From: Carcharhinus amblyrhynchos
Lineage: Eukaryota
Direction of reading: 5' to 3'
Length of the DNA stretch: 64,000 nucleotides
Assembly: GCA_965287045.1 (NCBI GenBank)
Contig: OZ336903.1
Span: 868,001 to 932,000, forward strand
The position numbers and the translations under genes are program-made. Below the pieces are notes generated by a model. It saw only the letters and a list, made by a program, of their open reading frames with translations, searched no databases and was not told the DNA's origin. Shown here piece after piece: positions 12,920 through 25,935 of the stretch; the first letter of the stretch is position 1; the number at the start of each line of letters is the position of its first letter.

Positions 12920-13395
12920 AAGGGTAATTTAAATCTAAATGATGATTACAAGCATGCGGGGATAATTTTAGGAGGAAAGTCTAAATAGTTTTGCGCTACG
13001 TGCATTTGGTATTCAGAAGAATGAGAGGTGATCTCATTGAAACATAGGATTGTAATGGGGATTGACAAGGTAAACGCTGAGAGGATGCCGTCCCCATTAA
13101 AGATTCTAGCGCCAGACTGAGGAGTCTCAGTATTAAGGGACACCAACATAAGACTGAAATTTACAGGATTTTCTCCTCTGAGTGGGTGGTGAATCTTGGC
13201 ACAGAGAGCTGTGGAGACAGAGTCCCTGTGCACAGTTAAGGCTGAGATAGGCAGATTGTTGATGAATAAATGAATCAAGGGTGACGGGGAAGGGGGAAGA
13301 GAGTCAATATGAAGAATGTCTGATCAGTCATGATCCGGTGAAGGAGTGAACCAGTCTCGAGGGGCTGAACGGCCTAAGCATGTTGCAATTTCTTA
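12920..13395 (+). mobile_element. CR1-type LINE 3' fragment
   Basis: agaatgagaggtgatctcattgaaac (RGDLIE) and typical 3' UTR. Confidence 0.75.
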
Positions 13396-13461
13396 TTAAA
13401 TTATTTTATACTGATCCCAATCGACATTCTACGAAGCGGAACAATGAATGATTTATCTCAC

Positions 13462-13593
13462 CCAGAGTGCCGCCGTCACCGCTAGAACTCTCCGAAGTGA
13501 AGATACCGTCAGGGCTCTGGTTCAGCAGCAAGTGCCCACTCTGGGAGTCAATGGTTTCAGTCTCAGCGTCGTCATAGTCTGTCAAAGCAGGAG
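13462..13593 (-). CDS. SRCR receptor exon 14, cytoplasmic (PALTDYDDAETETIDSQ...GGTL)
   Basis: In-frame acceptor at 13593 (alternative at 13578), donor G|GTGAGA; DYDDAE motif. Confidence 0.7.
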
Positions 13594-14157
13594 CTTAGAG
13601 GTAATAGCATTTGATTATAGCAATATATAGCTGAGAGATAATAACAATTAATTAGTAATGAATGACAGTTAGAATCCTACCCTTAAATGTCTATTACCTC
13701 AACAATTATGGGACAGAAAGAAGTGTGTCTCTCATGGTGTGGAAATCACTGAGTTTGGGCGCGAAGAGTTATTAGGCTAAATTTTGTCGTAGCATTTTCA
13801 AAATTTCGTTTGATATAATAACCTTGCTAATAATTCACCAATCTCATACACCCACACACATTTCACAGCCCAAAATGGCTACTGGGAAATGCTAGAACTT
13901 TTTTTAAAAAAGTTAAAATTCTTTTTTTTTCGGAAGAAAGCAAACTTCATTTCAATTGCTGCGAAGTACCATAAAACATTGTTTCAGGCTCAGAGGTTCT
14001 GGAACTGAAATTATTCTAAAATGTCTGAGCTACTTGGCGCTGTCATTTCATGGTGTGCACGTCATTATGTACACGTTTGGAGATTTCAGAAGCTATTTCA
14101 GATATTACAGAGTGAGAAGACTCGGAAGGAAATGGTAGGATGTGAACTTCGACCTAC

Positions 14158-14268
14158 CCGGAACACAGGAGGAATCCACTGCAGGATATTCTGATCCAGG
14201 ATCCGTGTCTCCCAAACTGTGACTGGTGTAATATTCAATCTGATCGAAGGAGTCAATGCTTGAAGAAA
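14158..14268 (-). CDS. SRCR receptor exon 13, cytoplasmic (SSSIDSFDQIEYYTSHSLGDTDPGSEYPAVDSSCVP)
   Basis: Acceptor gaccAG, donor G|GTAGGT, 111 nt phase 1-1, open. Confidence 0.7.
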
Positions 14269-15239
14269 CTGGTCAGCAAAAAATAATTGGTTATTAGCAA
14301 AATGTTTGCGGTTGATTCATTACGTTCTTATGATGATCAAGAACGATTCAGAAAGTCAAAGTCGATATCGCAACAATGTCAACGCCACTGTGACAATGTC
14401 CTGACATTTGATCGTGGCGCCAGTTTGGGAGAACAGTGAACAGACTGACTGCAGTGGTTTAAGGGGAAGAGCCATGGCCACATAACTGGGGCAACTATGG
14501 ATGGATTAATGATGTCACTCTGGTTCTGAACAGTCCAATGTGTGAGATATCAGTGAACAGAAAATAATGTAAAGAACAAATCTGTTCCGGCTGGGTCAGA
14601 GGACAAGGGTTTACTGATACAGAATCCTTTCCCACTGCCATATTGTTTTCCTGCCCTTTATCTCCAGAGATGAAAATCGATCAGGAGTGAAAATAACTCA
14701 TGGAGGTCGCAGGCAAGACACAAGAAAGAGCAAAAATAGTCTAAATTGGAACATTATTTTCGTTCTGTTCAGTCATTCTGGATAAATCTCGGTCCTCAGT
14801 ACTGCTAACATTCTTGAAAATTATTTTCAAACCTCTCCTGTTTCCTGTAGCCTTTCAGTAACATCATGCTCAGACACATACAATCCACTCCACTATCTGG
14901 TTGATTTTTATCTTCACGTTTTGCTACGTGTTCATTGTATATAAACGCCACATACTTTGTGGATGCTGGCAATCGCAAAAAAAAAACAGAAAAAGCAGAC
15001 AAAGTCAGCCAGGCTGGCATGAAGAAAAGTCATAAAAACGCACTGTTGAACTTGTTTCTCTCTCCAGCCCTTCTGAGATGGCCAACATTTCCTTCTCTTT
15101 TTTTTCATTAAAAATGAACCTTGTGTTTGTTTTGGTTTCACTGATACATTTGTCAGATACATTTTGCATCGAGTCATTTTTGGACCACAGCATTTTAGTA
15201 CATTTTATGAGGTATTTTACTGATATTCGCTAAATATTT

Positions 15240-15417
15240 TCATGAAGCTGGTTGATGGGTTTTTGATAAGAGAGGGGATTAAGGGTTATGGGGAGAGGGC
15301 CGGAAAGTGGAACTGAGCCACGACAGATCAGCCATGATCTTATTGAATGGCGGGGCAGGCTCGAAGGGCCAGATGGCCTACTCCTGCTCCTATTTCTTAT
15401 GTTCTCATGTTCTTATT
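15240..15417 (+). mobile_element. Young 5'-truncated CR1-type LINE tail (copy 1)
   Basis: Nearly identical to 25665-25935 and 49730-49872; (TTCTTATG)n-type tail. Confidence 0.85.
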
Positions 15418-17495
15418 TCTTTCTCACTGTGTTTTAAATTATCTCTTGCTTTTGTTGACGTTCTTTTTTCAATCGTATGTCTTATAATAGCAAGTGAGTT
15501 AACGTTTTCTTATAATTTGCTTCAGTACTTGTCAGACCAGCAAAATTTACTACCACTTTTAAAATGTGTTTGGAAACATTAAGATATTGTAAGAAATCAT
15601 AACCATGTGATCCCAGTACCCATTTGTGTAGACCACCAGTTCTAATCTTCTTCCGACAATATAAACATTCACCCCATAAATTAATAGATTATTACAGCAA
15701 ACTGGTTCTAATTTTAAGATCGCCCCATGATTCTGTACACAGGGAGCAAACACTTGCATCCAATGTAATTTACTGCCTAACTGATGAATCCTCCTTAGTG
15801 ATGCAGTTTTGAAGTGCATTCACTATTGCAACGTATAAACGCAGAAAACGTTTTGGGTCTTGCACTATTCCAATGCAAATGACAAGAAAGAAAGAAACAA
15901 ACAAAAACGCAGGAACTTAATTTTGCCAATTTTCTCAAGGGGTAAGTATTTTTCAGGTCTACCCTCAATAGAATATTGGCCATGGATGATAGTTCCAATG
16001 AAATGTCATGTCACCAATAGTACAACACCTTCTCAGCACTGCAAATCGTGTCAGACTTGATTTCCTGGACCGAATTCTGGAATGGAACTTGGACCTGGAA
16101 ACATCTGAGTCAGAGGCATGATTGTCATGGACTAAAATGGAGCTGACCGTTATATTCTGTTCCCATCCGTTTGTGTATGAGTTTGTTGTTTCACACACAA
16201 ATTTTGGACAACTGGAAGAATGCATTTATGGTGTTAATCATAATTTGCCAGTTGCCATTTGTACGAATTTCATGCTGTTATTATCTGAGAAAGGTCATGA
16301 AAGGTGTACTGATTGTTCTTTATAATTTTTGACATGCAGATATATTTTTCTCACTCTGTCGGAATTGGATTAATGTTCCTGCTAATAATGCTCAGCAGAT
16401 TGATGTATATTTTCCTAACCACGTTCCTTTTTCCTTTCTAATCATGGTGTCAATATTTGTTCTCCATCAGTAGTGTAGTATTACACTCCTTCGTAGTGAT
16501 TCGGTGTAAAATTGGAATGGTCCGTCTGCTAGAATTTTCCTTTCTTTGCAAATGCATGGATGAAAAAAAAAGATCCTAACGCGTTGGGTGCAAATGGCTT
16601 TTGTTTTTGCAAATCTACCATCCCTATTCAAATCTTCTGCCATCACATGTTTAAGTGTTATCATGATACAAAGTGCAGAAAAAAATCTTTAATATTCCTG
16701 CCATTGCATTATTTTGCAATTAAAACAGTGCTGGACAAACACATATGAAGTTATTCTGAATTGCCAAACTTATTTCTCCCTTCATTGGATATCGTGTTAA
16801 TTTATTTAACAACCAATGATTTTACTGTTTTAATGAACTTTGTCATCTTAACCAATTGTGTTCTCTCTCCTTCCTTTTTCGTCACCTCCCTTATACTGGT
16901 TTGCTACCCACAAAAAACAACACCCCCACCACCCTCCACCCCTCCCCCCCCCGCCACCTCCCCGCCCACACGCGCTATCCTCCTTGTTCTTGTTGTGTAA
17001 TGTCTTCCATTCGTTTTTTTTTCCTGCTTTTCAATGAAAATATATGTTTTCCTCACGTCGGCTGAAAATCATTTTAAAACTTTAAAGTTAAGCAAAAAAA
17101 AACAACCTTAATGTACTCCAGACATTTGCCCAGACAGCAGTGATCCTGTAAATCGTATCAGCAGTAACGTGTTCGATTGATTTATGTTCAATCAAACAGT
17201 GTATCCATGGTGTTTTAAAACTGAACCATGATGGACGAAAGGAGTAGCCTATTTGGAATTTGGAAACAACTAATCTGCTCGCTATTTTTACACAGGTGAC
17301 AAAAAACCCTCTTCAGCAATAAAGGAGATTGGAAATCTAATCAAATCCGTTCATCCTCTAAAACCTATTGAGCTTTGTGTCATTTCTCCTTTCCATTTGA
17401 AGGATGAGGAAATGGTGTCATCAACTGACAGTTAAGGGAGGGAAACCTGAAGCTTTCAGTGTAGCTTGGGTTTGAAATGAAATGAAAATACAAAC

Positions 17496-17603
17496 CTGAA
17501 GCACGGAACTCAGTGGAAACCTTGCCAGGCGGAATGTCATCTATTTCTTCATAAATGGCTTGGTACAAACCAGAAGGTGGATCCCTGACGCCAGTTGAAG
17601 GCC
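17496..17603 (-). CDS. SRCR receptor exon 12, cytoplasmic (LYQAIYEEIDD)
   Basis: NAGNAG acceptor (cagcAG), donor G|GTTTGT, 108 nt phase 1-1; YEEI motif. Confidence 0.8.
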
Positions 17604-18650
17604 CTGCTGCAGGGGGATTGAGACTGTTAGTATATTGCTAGATTTACAATTAGAAATATCGTTCCTCATTAGCATTAATTTCACATCTCACTATTTGCTG
17701 AGGCCAGATTCGAACTAGGCCTGGAGAGTTTTTGTCTTGCTACCCTGGGTCATTAATAAAGTGATGATACCACTGTCTCCATCACAAGGGTAACTGATCC
17801 ATTTTCAGCCCATGTAGGTCGGCAAGTAAAATATCGATCACGAATACTCGGTGTGAGTTCAGAGGGAGGCTGTAGTTGTGTTTATCTGTTCAAAACGAAT
17901 GGTACACAAGGCAATATTTAACTACATTCCTTAATCATTTTTTTTAACATCGAACAGATCGCCAACTTGTCACCGCACCAAACACGATCGAACAACATTC
18001 TCTCCCGCTCCCACCGCCTGGCATTATGATTTGGAAAGACTTTGCAGCATTATTTTTTATTATGTTGTTGGTCTGTAGTGTTGGGACTGAAAACTAAATC
18101 TTCTGTCTCAGAGAGAGGGGCGCTACTCACTGAGCTTCCAGCATTGAACCTGCAGTTCTCCAGTGTTGGCTGCGATGGGATGCAGAATTTGCACCGATGG
18201 TTGTGGAACTTAATTTAAAAAGAATCACATCACATCTCAAAATGGATTGAATTCAATTAGAGAGGTTAACACTGGACATAAATCGGAAAGCATAGGGTTG
18301 CAACCAATAGTAAATTGAAATTAAATATAAGTTACGAAATATTGACTAAAATCAGAGTGCAAATTGTTTGAATTTAAATTTTTGATCTATTCTTAGAAAA
18401 AAATGAAGTGTATTTCGAGTCTCGGAGACGAGTGGATAAATCAGGAATATAAATGTGGATAAATCCCTCACTTAAATGTTATATTTCTGTCTTTGCCAAG
18501 CAGCTTGGAAGAAACCATTGGCTGGATAATTTGTTTCTCACATGGACAGGAGACATTCTGCGGGAACCAGCGTAGAAGAGAATCCCCTCGGGGGTTTGGA
18601 ACAGTTATTGATGTTTCACTGTAAGTTCAGGGATATGATTCGAGCCTTAC

Positions 18651-18767
18651 CTTTCATTGTTGATTTCCTCCTCATTACTGCCAAAAGGGCGATTAATTCA
18701 CAGATCAACAGGACACCGAGTGATATGCAGATCACCAGAGGGATGGAAGTGTTTTCACCATCATGAC
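18651..18767 (-). CDS. SRCR receptor exon 11, transmembrane (IPLVICISLGVLLICELIALLAVM-RRK)
   Basis: 117 nt phase 1-1; hydrophobic run followed by a basic stop-transfer; donor G|GTAAGG. Confidence 0.85.
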
Positions 18768-18933
18768 CTAATGAAATGTTCAAGAAAGTATTTTCAGGTC
18801 AAATTCCATATTGTTTCTTAATGCTTACATGATTATCAATTGACAAAACTAAGCCAATGTTAACATGTTCCAGTTGTGCATCTTAACATAAAATTAACAT
18901 AAGTAGTTAATACTATTTATTAATAAGAAATAC

Positions 18934-18960
18934 CTGAAGGTGTTGGTGATAAATCCGTAC
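18934..18960 (-). CDS. SRCR receptor exon 10, stalk micro-exon TDLSPTPS
   Basis: Acceptor cttcatcAG, donor G|GTATTT, 27 nt phase 1-1, S/T/P-rich. Confidence 0.65.
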
Positions 18961-19008
18961 CTGATGAAGATATGGGAAACAAGACATAATTATTTGGGTT
19001 GATGGTTA

Positions 19009-19467
<459 letters not shown>

Positions 19468-19562
19468 TCAAATAGGAGATTTTATTATTGTTATTATTCT
19501 TCTTATTCTTCTTATTATTATTAGTGATACTGTGAATTTTGTTGTTGTTGTTGTGAAAATAC

Positions 19563-19619
19563 CTGATTCTGGTTTGCAGCCGTTTTGATTTTCCTGATCT
19601 TCATTTGGTTTATTTCCCC
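19563..19619 (-). CDS. SRCR receptor exon 8, interdomain linker GNKPNEDQENQNGCKPES
   Basis: Acceptor caacAG, donor G|GTATTT, 57 nt phase 1-1, open frame. Confidence 0.7.
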
Positions 19620-19704
19620 CTGTTGATAAGACAATCATGCTGACTCCATGAGCTACATGAATATTTCAAATCTCACCTGTAAGCAGAATGATTGATTGTG
19701 TTAC

Positions 19705-20022
19705 CTGAACAAACGACACCTGCATCTTCCCGATGATCACAGTTGTGTTGACCCCACGGGTCTGCCTGGCACTGCCAAAGGGTCGACTCATGTGAAAGAC
19801 ACTCGACTTCATCCAACCAAATAGGCCCGGATCCTTCTCCGAATGAACGAGCATCATAGTCCATGGGAACGACTGTGCCGCAATCTAACTGTTTACAGAT
19901 CACATCTGCATCATGCCGATCCAGATTTTCCGAGCACACTGTCCCCCATGTCCCATTATAGAACACCTCCACTCTCCCCTCACAGCGATGTGTTCCCTCC
20001 ACCAAACGCAACTCTTTGTGCG
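19705..20022 (-). CDS. SRCR receptor exon 7, SRCR domain 5 (8 Cys)
   Basis: ELRLVEGTHRCEGRVEVFYNGTWGTVC...CDHREDAGVVCS; 318 nt, AG/GT. Confidence 0.92.
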
Positions 20023-20522
20023 CTGTTAATGAGATATGGAACATCCAGTTAATTCAATGATGAATTCTATATTCATAGTGCAATGTAGAATATATATGTT
20101 GTGTCAGTTAAATTCATGGTTTACCGGTATTACTTCGCAACGGTCACAGAAAAGGAAAAAGACTGTTGAAATCAAACGATGTTATCAAGAATCAGTGGTA
20201 TGGATTCTCAATCGAAATATTTGTGTGATGGAGAAAACAAAAACAATCTTTTTGTTCTAATTGGAGAGATCCTGGCAAGTAGGTTTCTAGACGCATGTGA
20301 CAGGTTTTAAAGGTGCAGCTATATAGGAAATGAATGACAAGGAGACAGAAGGGAACACATCAAAACAGAGTGGACCACTCATTTGGCAATATCTTGGTCC
20401 AGAACAAATAATTCAATAAAAGGTTGGGCTGAATGACCTTTGTAAGCGCAGTTCTCACGTAATTCAGAAGTATGTCTTACTTATGAAGCTTCACTAATAA
20501 CTGCAGAAAATGGGATCGTTAC

Positions 20523-20837
20523 CAGAGCACATGATGTTCACATCTTCTTTATGATTACAGTCGTGGTTACCCCACAGTGCATGGGGACATTCCCAGAGTA
20601 ATGATTCATTCCCAGAACATTGCAGCTTATCCAACCAAATTGGGTCTGTGTCTGGTCCAGTCGAAGTAGGAAGAGGAAGCTGCAATGTATTTCCACAACT
20701 CAACTGTTTGCAAACCACTTCCGCGTCTTTCAGATCCCAGGAATCGTCACAAACTGAGCCCCAGATCCCATTGTGATAGATCTCCAATCTCCCAGCACAT
20801 CGGCTTCCACCATCAGAGAGCCTTAACTGCCTATGTC
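20523..20837 (-). CDS. SRCR receptor exon 6, SRCR domain 4 (8 Cys)
   Basis: QLRLSDGGSRCAGRLEIYHNGIWGSVCDDSW...CNHKEDVNIMCS; 315 nt, AG/GT. Confidence 0.92.
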
Positions 20838-22148
20838 CTAATAGAAAATATCGAGTGTCATATTATACTTTCAATGTATTAACCTCATTGCTAAATGAAA
20901 AGTATTCGATAATGTCGATCTAAATCAGAGCCTTTATGTTAGGTGCTTTTGACAGGTAAATGAATCTATGCAGTAGGACACCTGTTCCATCTTACACAAA
21001 ATAATAAATGCCGAGTATACATATATTCCTAACAACCTCTCTAACGGATTGTATCTAACCCATTCTCAGTGGTATACTTTGCTTTAACATATGCTAGTGT
21101 AATTCTGTTAATTTGTTGTTCCACAAACAATGTTTTAAGCAGAATTTTAGACATTTTGCACTTTGTTTTTCAGGGCTTTTTTTTTGCCCTACATATTTCA
21201 ACAGGTTTCTGTAGCTCACACTTATGTATTGGACACATCAGAAAATGCTGCAAATATCAAACAGCTTCGAAGCATCTGACGACAGCGAAATAGACTTAAC
21301 CTTTCAGAAAGTGACCTATCCTGGAAATTGCTGCTAAAAGCTCCAGAAGTCCCCTTGTTTTTTCAATAAATTCAAATTCAAAGAAAAAAATTCTGATTAC
21401 TGTCTCATCCAAAAACGTGAATGCAATCAATCCATTTCTAAATAATCGTGCACGTTCCATTTCCGCAGCAGTGGCCCACCTCTCGTACAAGCCCGGACTC
21501 ACTCCCACCCGCGCCCCTCCTACACCACCACCGGCCCAGACATTTGATCTTCATTGGATTCTCTTCATTCAATAAAACAAAGCTTCAAAATATCATGTTC
21601 TTTTTCAAATGCATCATTTGTCTCCAACCCTGATCCCGATCCAACAGAGTCAACCCCACCAGCCCAAGCGTCCATGATAACCAATGCCTATGAATTCATT
21701 CAAGGGATTCGATTTCCTTCACATCTGACACTTTTTGCAGCAAATCTTTCTACTCTCTTATTTAATGGACATGATGTTCTCGACAGGGTTAAAAGATTGG
21801 AATTCCAGCCTTAAACATTTCACCCTCTTCTCTTTCGTTGTGCTGTTGAAACCCACTCCTCTGATCAAAACATTAGTCACTATTGCCGATATTAACTTTA
21901 TTTGTTTTAGTCTCAATTTACCGCCGGAAATTACCCAGAGATGAACAAAATTGTTTAATGTGTCAAATTAGTTCAAACCAAAAACTTTTAAGTTTTTGTT
22001 TCTTCCCCGTGACGTCCTGTTCTGCATACCCGCGTCAGTGTCAAATATCTCATCTACTTTCTCCCCAGGAAGAAGTGAAGTATATTCCCAGTTGACCAAG
22101 ATTATCTTTTTCCCTTTTCAGTTCTGGAAAAGTGACCTGTTCACTCAC

Positions 22149-22463
22149 CTGAGCACAGAACCCCTACGCCGATGCTGTCACTGTGATTCGGGTTCAATGA
22201 GAATGTGCTGCACTTCCGGAGATGCGATTCGTTTCCTTCACACTGGACATCATTCACCCACACAGGCCCTTCACCCTCTCCGTGCTTTGAATTGTTATAG
22301 GCGGTTACCGCTTCGCCGCAGCCCAGCTGTCTACAGGTCACATTAGCGTCATTCAGATCCCAGAGGCTGTCCTGCACTCTGCCCCAGCTGTGGTTGTAGT
22401 AAATCTCCACTCGCCCATCACACCGACTTCCCCCATTCATCAACCTCAGTGACCAGTTTTCAT
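22149..22463 (-). CDS. SRCR receptor exon 5, SRCR domain 3 (6 Cys, lacks C2/C7)
   Basis: LRLMNGGSRCDGRVEIYYNHSWGRVQD...VGVLCS; 315 nt, AG/GT. Confidence 0.92.
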
Positions 22464-22719
22464 CTAGGCGAAGAAAGACATTTAGAGCAGTGGTTACAGT
22501 GCAGCAAATTAACCCGTATTGACGTCACATTTCACCAGTACATTTCTGTTTGTTAAAAGGTGAAGGATGTCCCTGAGAGGCGGTTCAGCACAGTCAGGCA
22601 GGAGGATGAATAATCGGAACTCCTGCTCTGGATCTAAAGTAAATACATTGTTCAGCAAAGTGATAATATATGTTTTCAGAACTCAGGGGTGGGCGAGCAT
22701 TTGGGAGGACAAATGTAGA

Positions 22720-23640
22720 AACATCCTCATTAATCCAGTACCACGTGTTAGTGAGTGATTTAAATGGGAGATAATGGATGATTATCCAGCTGAGGAGATG
22801 GTGCTAGAGGTTGGACATTCATTTCCGGCAAAATGGGCAACAATTCTGTGAAAGTTTATCTGGGCATGCTGGGATATGCTGCATCCCATCAAAGCAGGGG
22901 CAGAGGGCATTCTGGCTGTGGGATTATTTGTTTGAAATGATAGTTTGATAAACAAATATCACTTTTAAATAAGTTAACAATTAAGAGCACCAGCGAGATA
23001 TTTTTTCAGGGAAAAAAACATGTTTCAGAAGCTTCCTGGTGTTTTCTATTCGGGGAAATCAAAGGGGGAAGTTAATAATGGTAGGAAGGATACTGTTGTA
23101 CAGGTAGATGCAGAAAGGCCTCGTTAGAGGCTTCGCTGGTAATTTCGCATCAATGAAATGAAACGGCAATGTCTACCCATATGTGAAATTGGCCCTTCGT
23201 CAGGAAATAGTAATCCGGTCTGTTAATGTGGCTTCCTTTGGGGAATCCGTGAAGATCTGCTGTACCTGAGATATGTTAAAGACATTGACTGTGGTGTAAT
23301 GGGCAGGATTAAAATGTTCAAATGCGGCGCTGGTGGTATTGCACAGGCAAATGGCAGAGTCATCTGATGTAGGAAAATGGGAATTGACTCATATTGGTGG
23401 GAAGGAAGACAACGATTATTTTCCGCGAAGTCTTTTCACAGGCACAGGATGTCCCAAAACCTGGAATAGTCATCAATGGGCATTGCGAGAATTACAGTTA
23501 CTTCTGAAATGTCATAATCAAAACAGCGAGTTTGCACATACCAAACATCTGTACACAGCAATGCGATAAGTGTTAAGTTTATTTCTCAGTGTCATAAATA
23601 GGCTTATATCAGGATTGACATAGAGTCTAATGTGATGCTG
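22720..23640 (+). mobile_element. Old CR1-type LINE fragment in an SRCR intron
   Basis: Degenerate RT remnants, e.g. ggcaaatggcagagtcatctgatgtaggaaaatgggaa. Confidence 0.5.
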
Positions 23641-24122
23641 AGAAAGGGATAATACCAGTCTTGAGTTACTTAATGTAATTCGGATGGGATTTTGTTTTAA
23701 CCACCAGGTTTCATGGCGACTTCAAAATCCCGAGGGTTCTGCAAATAAAAGTGTATCGAAGAAAGTGCTGTCACTGGTGGAGGTACAGAGAGCGGGAAGG
23801 AAGTGGGAAGGGAGCGGTTGACGTTTAAGATAACTCACAAAATGCCAGTAGTGACCGAATTGAAATCAGCTGTAGTAAGTGGTTAGGTGTGAAAATGAAT
23901 TGTGTGAGTTTATAGTGGGTGAAGGACAATCAAAACATTTTCGAGAATTGAACAATTATGTGAAGGGAAAAAATAATACAAATCTGTGAGGATATTCATG
24001 GATTGTGACTGAGTGGGGTTCATTTCCAATAATTCTGCACAGGCTCGCGGGTCGAATGGATTTTTTTGCTTACTACACCCAAGTGTTGTTGTTCTCTGAG
24101 TGACTGCATTGTGAGGACTCAC

Positions 24123-24437
24123 CCGAGCAAATGACACTGGCATCATTTCCATGTGAGCAGTTAAATTCTTCCACGGATGAAACCGGACAATCCCCCAACC
24201 GGGACTCACTTCCGTGGCATCTGTAGTTCTCCTTCCATATTGTCCCATTTCCCTTCCCAAAGGCTGCTCCTCTCGGGATTTTCTCTACCACTCCGCACTG
24301 AAGATGCTCACAGACCACACTGGCGTCTTCTAAACCAAAGTAAACATCGCAGAGCGTCCCCCAGTGTCCAGAATTCAGCACTTCCACCCGGCCGGAGCAC
24401 CTGTCCTTTCCACCAACTAGTCGGGGTTCACTGTTTC
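24123..24437 (-). CDS. SRCR receptor exon 4, SRCR domain 2 (8 Cys)
   Basis: PRLVGGKDRCSGRVEVLNSGHWGTLCD...NCSHGNDASVICS; 315 nt, AG/GT. Confidence 0.92.
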
Positions 24438-24594
24438 CTGTTTCAGATCAGAAAAACACACCGACTCAATTTGTTCATTGCAGTCAAAAGAAACTTTTTT
24501 AGATTGCTTCCATATCTGTGCAGCCACAGATATCCATTTGCCAAAAGTAGCAAATTATTACGTGAAAACGAATTAATGTGATATGTGACGCTTC

Positions 24595-24795
24595 AGTGCA
24601 AAATCACACTGCCATCGTTCCTGTGGGCGCACTCGGCCCGATTTACTGTAACAAGGGGCAGTTCGTTTCATTTAATAATTACTTTTTTTTCATCAAGTTC
24701 AATATGTGTCCACTATTATCCTCTCAGAAGCCGTGTTCAGTCTTACAGCGATTCATCTGGAACATTATTCACCATCCGCCCATAAACTGAACAGA
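24595..24795 (-). pseudogene. Decayed SRCR pseudo-exon in intron 3
   Basis: Minus strand reads LWADGE*CSR*IAV ... NCPLLQ*/ECAHRNDGSVI, resembling both ends of SRCR2, with stops, frameshifts and an internal deletion. Confidence 0.5.
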
Positions 24796-25664
24796 CTGCT
24801 GGTGCATCTGGAAAAATCTGGGTATGATCGCCCCCTAGCGCCTGCTGATGGGAACTACCCCCATGTGCAGCCGGCGAAGATGAATAAAAAAAAATTAGTT
24901 TCATTTGCCCAGAGGCTTTCTAACTGATAGACACCGAAATGATCGAGTTCATTTTGTTTCTCTGTTGGCGCTGAAAAGTGTTGGGAATAAACGTTCTCAA
25001 ACGGCTTCAACCAGAAATGAAACGATGGATCTCCCAATGGCTAAATGGTGAAGAGCAAACAACATTCGAGTTCTTATTAAGGGTCCATGTTCACAGGTCA
25101 CTAAAACATTAAGGCCAGATGCAAAACGTAATCAAATATCCTCAGGAATTTTAGCATTTCTATTTGGACGGTTAGAATATGAAGGGGAAGAGTTTCTGCT
25201 TCAAGTTTCAGTAACTTTGCTCCGTCCATATCTGGAATGCGAGAAACAATTCAGCCAACTGCAAACTTGCAAGGACTTCCTGTTCTGGAAAACAGTCCAG
25301 TGGGAGTGTCCCAGGCTACTGGTTACTAAGTCTAGACAACATCTCCTTCTATCAGTTTACACTGTGTGAAATCTGCCTGAAGCTGCAGCAGCTTTAAATA
25401 TTAAAACAACTGATCTCCCTTCATTTTATTCTGGAGAAAGTATCGACTGCCGCACATTTGTTTAAAATCCAACCTCCTGAACAAATTGATCCAGCACAAT
25501 TGATTCAAAGACAACGGAACACTCCAACAATAACATTTCTAATTTCTCTCCTTGAAAGACTCTAAGCGTAAACTCCGTCGGAAAAATAAAACACGAGGGG
25601 AAATCATGTACGAACAGCTGGTATTCATCCTCAAGATAAAGTGGGGGGTGGGGGGCGGTTTAGA

Positions 25665-25935
25665 ACGGAGTTGAGGAGGAACTTCTTCACTCAAAGGGTG
25701 GTGAATCTCTGGAATTCTCTGCCGTTGAAGTGGTGGAGGCTGCCTCGCTAAATATTTTTAAGACGCGGGTTGATAGGTTTTTGATAAGAGAGGGGATTAA
25801 GCGTTATGGTCAGAGGGCGGGAATGTGGAACTAAGCCACGACAGATCAGCCATGATCTTATTGAATGGCGGGGCAGGCTCGAAGGGCTGGATGGCCTACT
25901 CCTGCTCCTATTTCTTATGTTCTTATGTTCTTATC
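25665..25935 (+). mobile_element. Young CR1-type LINE tail (copy 2)
   Basis: aggaacttcttcactcaaagggtggtgaatctctggaa ... (TTCTTATG)n tail. Confidence 0.85.
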
